Below, one piece after another: positions 26,014-32,000 of a DNA stretch of 32,000 nucleotides. The notes beneath the pieces are model-generated. The model searched no databases, was not told the DNA's origin, and saw nothing but the letters and a program-made list of their open reading frames with translations. The stretch is from Candidatus Nitrospira inopinata (GTDB taxonomy: Bacteria; Nitrospirota; Nitrospiria; Nitrospirales; Nitrospiraceae). The stretch is taken from positions 2,790,001 to 2,822,000 of the forward strand of contig NZ_LN885086.1 of NCBI RefSeq assembly GCF_001458695.1. Direction: 5' to 3'. The translations under genes and the position numbers were made by a program. Each line of letters begins with the position of its first letter. The stretch's first letter is position 1.

Positions 26014-26534
26014 CGGGAGCCTCCGACGCTTATTAGAAGAGACGCCCGTACTTTGATCACCATCAACGCCACTCCCAACGCCAGCGTGACGGTGTACAAC
26101 GCGCGAATCGGCGTCAATACTCGGAACAGCGCCTCGAAGGCTACTTTTTTGGCCTCTTCACCCTGCGCGGCAAACGCCTGTTCCTGCAAAGAAACGGCCT
26201 GCGGATGCAGCACCAGCACAATGACCCCCACGCTCGCCACCATCACGGCGACAATCACCGCCTCGCCCCATCCGACCGTCACCGCCGCTTCTCCGCTCCA
26301 CCAGCGATACAGAAGCCCGGCGCAGAGCGTCGCGGCGGCGCCCAGGAGAAACCGCTGATAGTGCTCAAAGGCCTTGGTCAAAAACAGGCCTCCCACGTCT
26401 TGCCCGCCGAAGGTATTGAACACCGCCGGAATCACCCCTCCGATCAACACGACCAAACCTCCCACCCACAGGCTCAGCGCCAGCCATTCCAACGTCAGAC
26501 AACCGATTAAGCTCCAGCGCCGGACACCCCGCAC
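26010..26534 (-). CDS. Small integral membrane protein, DUF4149/TMEM205-like (the family assignment is tentative)
   Basis: 174 aa with four predicted hydrophobic helices. It sits in the operon with a 12-nt gap after pyrC and an ATGA overlap with carA. Confidence 0.7.
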   Translation of the reverse strand: MRGVRRWSLIGCLTLEWLALSLWVGGLVVLIGGVIPAVFNTFGGQDVGGLFLTKAFEHYQRFLLGAAATLCAGLLYRWWSGEAAVTVGWGEAVIVAVMVASVGVIVLVLHPQAVSLQEQAFAAQGEEAKKVAFEALFRVLTPIRALYTVTLALGVALMVIKVRASLLISVGGSR

Positions 26535-26546
26535 GGTTATTCGAAC

Positions 26547-27824
26547 CTATGGGCCAGACCTGTACGCCACGCGCCCACCCACAATCGTCGTTGTCACGAG
26601 TCCCTTGACCTTCCAACCGGCGAACGGCGTGTTGCGACTTTTCGATCGAAACGCACTCGGATCGACTTCCCACTGCGCGTGTCGATCCACGATCGTGACG
26701 TCGGCATCGGCGCCCACCGCCAAGGTGCCCTTCCGAAGGCCGAAGGCCGCAGCCGGAGCGGCGGTCAGTTTCGTTACTGCCTGCTCCAACGACAGAACGC
26801 CTTCATCCACCAGAGCGAGCGTCAAGGGAAGGGCGGTTTCAAGCCCGACGATGCCGAACGGCGCTTCGGTAAAGTCCTGTTGCTTTTCCTGGGCCGCGTG
26901 CGGCGCGTGGTCGGTGGCGATCACATCGATCGTCCCGTCTCGCAAGCCCTCCTTGATCGCGCGAACGTCCTCGCCCGTGCGCAGGGGCGGATTCATCTTG
27001 GCATGGGTATTGTACCCGTGAACCATGGTTTCGGTCAGCGTGAAATGATGCGGACAGGCTTCCGCCGTCACTCTGATGCCGCGGGCCTTGGCCTCCCTCA
27101 CCATCCGCACCGATCCCGCTGTGCTGATATGAGCCAGGTGAAGCCGCGCTCCCGTCAACTCAGACAACAGCAGATTGCGGGCCACCATCACGTCTTCGGC
27201 GGCCGCCGGGATGCCGGGGAGCCCCAACTCCGTCGAGACCAGCCCTTCGTTCATGCACCCGCCTTCGGCCAGGTTGAGATCCTCGCAATGGTCCACCACC
27301 GTAAGGCCGAAGGCCAACGCGTATTCCATCGCCCGGCGCATGACCAAACTGTTCATCACGGGCTTGCCGTCATCCGAAATCGCCACGCAACCGGATCGGT
27401 GAAGATCGCCGATCTCCGCCAGTTCTTTCCCCTCGGATCGTTTGGTGATCGCCCCGATCGGCAACACGTTCGCCAGACCGGCCTCACGGCCTCGTTCGAT
27501 AATGAACTCGGTCACCGCTTGATTGTCGTTGACCGGGTTCGTATTCGGCATGCAGCAGACCGTCGTGAACCCGCCGGCGACGGCCGACGCGCTGCCGCTC
27601 TGAATGGTCTCTTTGTATTCGAAGCCGGGCTCCCGAAAATGAACGTGCAGATCGACAAATCCCGGCAGCACGAGCAACCCCCGCGCGTCAATGACGTCGC
27701 AGCCGGGAGGCGCCGGCAGATCCCGGCCGACCGCGGCGATTTTTCCCCCATCAATCAGCACGTCTCCCGTGCCGACGTATCGGCCCGGATCAATCACCTG
27801 CCCGCTTTTGATCAGCAATGCCAC
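26547..27824 (-). CDS. pyrC: Dihydroorotase
   Basis: 425 aa with the DLHVHFREPG metal-binding motif and amidohydrolase-fold blocks (ATDHAPH). Confidence 0.95.
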   Translation of the reverse strand: MALLIKSGQVIDPGRYVGTGDVLIDGGKIAAVGRDLPAPPGCDVIDARGLLVLPGFVDLHVHFREPGFEYKETIQSGSASAVAGGFTTVCCMPNTNPVNDNQAVTEFIIERGREAGLANVLPIGAITKRSEGKELAEIGDLHRSGCVAISDDGKPVMNSLVMRRAMEYALAFGLTVVDHCEDLNLAEGGCMNEGLVSTELGLPGIPAAAEDVMVARNLLLSELTGARLHLAHISTAGSVRMVREAKARGIRVTAEACPHHFTLTETMVHGYNTHAKMNPPLRTGEDVRAIKEGLRDGTIDVIATDHAPHAAQEKQQDFTEAPFGIVGLETALPLTLALVDEGVLSLEQAVTKLTAAPAAAFGLRKGTLAVGADADVTIVDRHAQWEVDPSAFRSKSRNTPFAGWKVKGLVTTTIVGGRVAYRSGP

Positions 27825-27853
27825 CGCTGGTTTTCCTCCTTTCCCGTGCGCCG

Positions 27854-28774
27854 TTATCCCGCTTCCGACATGAGATACAAGACCCCCATGCGCACCGCCA
27901 CGCCGTTGGCCACCTGATCAAGGATCACGGAGGAAAGGCTGTCCGCCACGTCCGGCGCGATTTCCACCCCGCGATTGATCGGCCCCGGATGCATGACAAT
28001 GGCCCCCGGATCCGCCAATTCGACCCGCTCGGCCGTCAATCCGTAGAGTCTCGCGTACTCGCGGATGGTCGGGAAAAGCGCCCGCCCCTGCCGTTCCAAT
28101 TGAAGACGGAGCATCATGATCACGTGCACGCCACGCAATCCTTCGTCCATGTCGTGGTACACCGTCGCCCCCAGCCGCTCGACGCCGGACGGCATCATGG
28201 TCGCCGGGCCCACCAAACGGACTTCGGCGCCGAGTTTGGTCAACGCATAGAGGTTCGACCTGGCGACCCGGCTGTGCGCCACGTCGCCGACGACCGCGAC
28301 CCGCAATCCCTTGAATTCCAATCCCCGCTGTCGAATGGTGTACAGATCGAGCAAGGCCTGCGTGGGATGCTCGTGCCACCCGTCCCCGGCGTTGATGACG
28401 GAAGACTTCACGCCTCGCGCCAACGTGTCCGCGGCGCCGGCCGACGAATGTCGCAACACGATGATGTCCGCCTGCATCGCCTCGATATTGCGGGCCGTGT
28501 CCAGGAGCGTCTCCCCCTTGACGACGCTGCTCGTGGAAGGCGAAAAATTGATCACGTCCGCGCTCAACCGCTTCGCCGCCAACTCGAACGACGTGCGGGT
28601 TCTCGTGCTCGGCTCGAAAAAGAGGTTGACGACGGTTTTCCCTCGCAGCGCGGGCACTTTCTTGATTTCCCGCCCGGTCACTTCTTTGAACGAGTCCGCG
28701 GTATCGAGAATCAGCCTGATCTCGTCCGTCGACAGAGAGGCCAGACCGAGCAGATCTTTGCGTTTGAGACCCAT
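27854..28774 (-). CDS. pyrB: Aspartate carbamoyltransferase catalytic subunit
   Basis: [23 protein letters not shown] and HPGP blocks. I chose the ATG at 28774 ([11 protein letters not shown]..., GAGACGG upstream) over the ORF-track TTG at 28786. Confidence 0.95.
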   Translation of the reverse strand: MGLKRKDLLGLASLSTDEIRLILDTADSFKEVTGREIKKVPALRGKTVVNLFFEPSTRTRTSFELAAKRLSADVINFSPSTSSVVKGETLLDTARNIEAMQADIIVLRHSSAGAADTLARGVKSSVINAGDGWHEHPTQALLDLYTIRQRGLEFKGLRVAVVGDVAHSRVARSNLYALTKLGAEVRLVGPATMMPSGVERLGATVYHDMDEGLRGVHVIMMLRLQLERQGRALFPTIREYARLYGLTAERVELADPGAIVMHPGPINRGVEIAPDVADSLSSVILDQVANGVAVRMGVLYLMSEAG

Positions 28775-28782
28775 ACCGTCTC

Positions 28783-29418
<636 letters not shown>

Positions 29419-29424
29419 TCAGGT

Positions 29425-29460
29425 AAAAAAAAACCTCCTCACCCGTGACGTGAGAAGGTT
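29425..29460 (-). terminator. Intrinsic terminator (attenuator) upstream of pyrR
   Basis: The minus strand reads AACCUUCUCAC-GUCACGG-GUGAGGAGGUU followed by nine U. This is an 11-bp stem (with one G.U pair) plus a U-tract, ending about 33 nt before the pyrR ORF. Confidence 0.8.
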
Positions 29461-29507
29461 GAGTCGCCGATCCCTCGGCCGATTGGCACGGCGTTCATCT
29501 TGTCGCT

Positions 29508-29539
29508 CCTTGCTCACCTCACGGGATGAGCCTTAAAGG
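29508..29539 (-). promoter_or_regulatory. Candidate PyrR-binding loop (anti-antiterminator) of the pyr leader
   Basis: The minus strand reads CCUU-UAAG-GCUCAUC-CCGUGA-GGUGAGC-AAGG. It has a lower stem CCUU/AAGG, a purine bulge, a 7-bp upper stem and a hexaloop. The segment CAUCCCGUGAGGUG matches the B. subtilis consensus ARUCCAGAGAGGYU (recalled from memory) at 10 of 14 positions. Its 3' half GUGAGCAAGG can alternatively pair with the terminator 5' arm CCUUCUCAC. Confidence 0.6.
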
Positions 29540-29546
29540 TAAGAGG

Positions 29547-29575
29547 ATGGTACCGGGCCGACGTTTCGGTGTCAA
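29547..29575 (-). promoter_or_regulatory. Candidate sigma70 promoter of the pyr operon: TTGACA-N17-TACCAT
   Basis: The minus strand reads TTGACA (29575-29570), a 17-nt spacer, then TACCAT (29552-29547). The predicted TSS near 29540 is at the first base of the binding loop. Confidence 0.55.
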
Positions 29576-29678
29576 GCCCGCGTCTTGTTCATGAAAGGAG
29601 AGACCGTACAAGACATTCCTTTGCCTTTCGTGATCGCGGTGAATTCAAGAAGCGGGATATGGGTAGCGGTCCATCAGC

Positions 29679-29987
29679 TTATTGTTTGACGGAACGTTTG
29701 AGCCGTTTTTCAACCGACGCGACCTTGCCCTGCAACCGACCCGCATGTCCCTTGCGGTAATCGACCTTGATCGTGCAGGAAATGCGGTTACAGTCTTTTT
29801 TCATGCGCTCATAGCATCGGCGCACGACCGCGAAGACGTCGTCCCATTCCCCTTCCAACACCGTTCCCATCGGATTCAAGCGATAAGGAATGCCGCTTTT
29901 GTCGATGATATCCAACGAACGCGCCACATATTTGCCGACGCTTTCCCCCTTGCCCAGGGGGGACATGCTGAATTCCAACAAAACCAT
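29679..29987 (-). CDS. MTH1187/YkoF-family (UPF0045, thiamine-binding-like) protein
   Basis: 102 aa. MVLLEFSMSPLGKGESVGKYVA...NPMGTVLEGEWDDV fits the family pattern. A GGAGGCAAG SD lies directly upstream of the ATG. Confidence 0.8.
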   Translation of the reverse strand: MVLLEFSMSPLGKGESVGKYVARSLDIIDKSGIPYRLNPMGTVLEGEWDDVFAVVRRCYERMKKDCNRISCTIKVDYRKGHAGRLQGKVASVEKRLKRSVKQ

Positions 29988-30039
29988 CTTGCCTCCTTAC
30001 TCGACTTGGCTTGTACCTTGCTCGACCGCATCTTCCGCC

Positions 30040-30693
30040 TTATCCCTTTGGCTCCGCGGCGGTTGCACGCTTGGCCCGCTCTTCCAACCACACTTTCGGA
30101 TACTGAACCTTTCCCAACAATCGAAAACCGTCAAGCGCCTCGCGCAACAGCGCCCGCCGCTTCTCGGCATCCGGCTCGTTTTTCTTCGCCTGCTCCCGCA
30201 ATTCCCCCAACCACTGCACGAAAGCGGCAAACTCGGCGTCCAATATCCGCTCCAAATCCTCTTTCATAAACCCGGACAGCAATGGCGCGACTCCGCTCGA
30301 ACTGACGGCAATTCTCATATGCCCTGCTGCAACGACCGCAGGCATCGTCACGCTGGAGGCTTCCGGGAAATCGACCGACCACACCAGCACTCGTTTTTCT
30401 CTCGCTTTGGCGAGCAACGTTCTGGCGAAGTCACGGTCTCCCCGCACGGTATTCAAGATCAATATCGCGTGTTCGAGGTCCGACTCGCGGAAATGCCGTC
30501 CCCGATGGATCACCTTTCCCGAAGCGGCCAGCTCGCGGAGCGGTTCATTGAGCGTCGGACTGACGACCATGACGCGCGCGCCCGATTCAAGCAATCGCCG
30601 GGTCTTTTCGGCCGCTTCGTCATCGCCGCCGATCACCAAAACCGTCCAGCCCTTGACGTCCAACACCAACGGAAAGCCGGGATTCGGAGCCAT
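30040..30693 (-). CDS. sirC: Precorrin-2 dehydrogenase / sirohydrochlorin ferrochelatase (siroheme synthase N-terminal type)
   Basis: FPLVLDVKGWTVLVIGGDDEAAEKTRRLLESGARVMVVSP Rossmann block. I chose the ATG at 30693, with GGAGGAGAGG about 4 nt upstream. The ORF-track start at 30750 has no such signal. Confidence 0.82.
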   Translation of the reverse strand: MAPNPGFPLVLDVKGWTVLVIGGDDEAAEKTRRLLESGARVMVVSPTLNEPLRELAASGKVIHRGRHFRESDLEHAILILNTVRGDRDFARTLLAKAREKRVLVWSVDFPEASSVTMPAVVAAGHMRIAVSSSGVAPLLSGFMKEDLERILDAEFAAFVQWLGELREQAKKNEPDAEKRRALLREALDGFRLLGKVQYPKVWLEERAKRATAAEPKG

Positions 30694-30926
30694 CGTCCTC
30701 TCCTCCGTCTCATGCGAACAAATGCCGCAGCGACGGGCATCATACAACACGACTTTCGAGATCGTAAACCGCGGTCCCTCTTTTCTCGGCTCGATCCATC
30801 ACGACGACTTATCTATAATTCCGCCGCGTCGCTCGACCGTCGGCCGAATGCAGACAGACGTCTTGAATCCGTTCGAAGCGGTTCCGAGCGGCGGGACGGT
30901 ATCTGAGAGGATTATCGGAGGGTGGA

Positions 30927-31472
30927 TCAACTCTCGGCGGGATCGGCGTCCAATTCCATGTTCCAATAAAGATAGTCGCGCCAGCTTTCCGGCGTATTCC
31001 GAATGCCGATCGTGATGGTGATCATGGGACTCCACCGTGGTTTCACCGGCCGCTTTTTCAGCCTCATTCCCGCTTCTTCCGGCGTGCGGCCGCTCTTGCG
31101 ATTATTGCACCGCCAACAGGCGGTCACGATGTTTTCCCAGGTCTTCTTGCCCCCCTTGGCGATGGGAACAACGTGGTCGAAGGTCAGTTCCTCGGTCCGA
31201 AAACGATGATTGCAATACTGACACGTGTAGCCGTCGCGCGTAAAAATGTTGATGCGGGAGAACTTGACGGCCCGGTGGCTGTCTTTCAGTCGCACGAGCT
31301 TGAGCAGCCTCATCACGGCGGGAAGTTTAAACGAGATGGAGACACCGTGGATTTCGCGATCATACACCTCGAGGACTTCGACTTTACCTTGCCAAAGGAG
31401 CGTGATGGCCTTTTGCCAATGGAGCACTCGAAGAGGCTCGTACGTGGCGTTGAGGAGCAGCGTCATTTCCAT
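30927..31472 (-). CDS. HNH endonuclease family protein (stand-alone, with an ~80-aa N-terminal domain of unknown function)
   Basis: 181 aa with the HNH/zinc-ribbon pattern CQYC...DHVVPIAKGG...WENIVTACWRCNNRK. Confidence 0.85.
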   Translation of the reverse strand: MEMTLLLNATYEPLRVLHWQKAITLLWQGKVEVLEVYDREIHGVSISFKLPAVMRLLKLVRLKDSHRAVKFSRINIFTRDGYTCQYCNHRFRTEELTFDHVVPIAKGGKKTWENIVTACWRCNNRKSGRTPEEAGMRLKKRPVKPRWSPMITITIGIRNTPESWRDYLYWNMELDADPAES

Positions 31473-31604
31473 GGACCAACCTCATTCGCAACCTCTCTCC
31501 CGGAAGATAATTTACCGAGGGAGAACACCTTTTCGATTTTGTATGCCATAAGCTTTTTTTGAAATCAAGCAAGCCTCCCGGTTAGACTAGGCCCGCGCAA
31601 CTCA

Positions 31605-31970
31605 ATGGAAACACACGAAACACACAGCCCTGATTCCCATACCCCTCAGTTCGTCACGGTGGCAAAAAGGAACGAGGTGCCGCCCGGCACAGGGCGCATC
31701 GTGGATGTCCAGGGAATATGGGTCGCGTTGTTCAACGTCGAGGGCACCTTCTACGCCATTGACAACACCTGCCCCCACGCCGGCGGCCCGCTCGGCGAAG
31801 GACGATTGGACGGCATCATCGTCGAGTGTCCGTGGCACGGCTGGAAATTCGACGTCACCTCAGGAGAACGGCTCGGAAATCCCAATTTCCAGGTGACGTG
31901 TTGCACGGTGCGCGTTCACGGAGACGAGGTTCAGATCGCCGTTCCACCGGCGCTCAGGGGACCGGCCTGA
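31605..31970 (+). CDS. Small Rieske [2Fe-2S] protein (NirD / ferredoxin-subunit-like)
   Basis: 121 aa with the Rieske ligand motifs CPHAGGPL and CPWHGWKF, 17 residues apart. Confidence 0.88.
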   Translation: METHETHSPDSHTPQFVTVAKRNEVPPGTGRIVDVQGIWVALFNVEGTFYAIDNTCPHAGGPLGEGRLDGIIVECPWHGWKFDVTSGERLGNPNFQVTCCTVRVHGDEVQIAVPPALRGPA

Positions 31971-32000
31971 CGCAAAGCTCAGCCCTCGCTGTCATGCGAT

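Noticed and set aside
30860-30885. gaatccgttcgaagcgg, superficially like a tRNA T-arm (GTTCGAA)
   Set aside because: No acceptor, D or anticodon arms can be built around it on either strand.
31559-31588. TTGAAA-N18-TAGACT upstream of the Rieske gene, and TTTACG-N18-TATGAT upstream of sirC (about 30722-30751, minus strand)
   Set aside because: These are plausible sigma70-like matches but only partial hexamers, and I have no independent support. They are not reported as features.

Overview
This is a 32-kb segment of a high-GC bacterial chromosome, roughly 58-65% GC by hand counts of two sample lines. The KDO, heptose and lipoprotein genes indicate a diderm (Gram-negative-type) organism; I cannot assign a taxon from the sequence alone.

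Nt 1-5107 is the right-hand end of a type I restriction-modification/defence island. It holds a Fic/DOC (RhuM-like) gene cut by the window edge, a full-length hsdR (551-3847) and a DUF4143 AAA+ ATPase. Both accessory genes carry an apparent single-nucleotide frameshift. hsdR is intact but carries three in-frame hairpin/palindromic nucleotide elements.

The other 27 kb is tightly packed housekeeping DNA:
- A quinone-oxidoreductase-like gene.
- A long minus-strand envelope cluster: lepA-lepB-hldA-kdsB-pyrG-kdsA-kdsD-pgsA-esterase-plsY.
- bioA, converging on and overlapping a DUF62 SAM-hydrolase gene.
- A long minus-strand pyrimidine cluster: pyrR-pyrB-pyrC-DUF4149-carA-sppA-M48-carB-greA-DUF62. 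It is preceded by a promoter, a PyrR-binding-loop candidate and an intrinsic terminator (a classical attenuator).
- A sirC-like gene, an MTH1187-family gene, an orphan HNH endonuclease and a small Rieske protein.

I saw no rRNA, tRNA, CRISPR array, transposase or integrase. I did not find convincing evidence for a wholly new multi-gene system. The most unusual directly visible signals are:
- The palindromic-element colonisation of hsdR.
- The frameshifted island genes.
- Two consensus divergent promoters sharing one -35 box between lepA and bioA.
- The 118-nt convergent CDS overlap of bioA and DUF62.
- Non-pyrimidine genes translationally coupled inside the pyr/car cluster.

All family assignments rest on motif recognition from memory, not on database searches.
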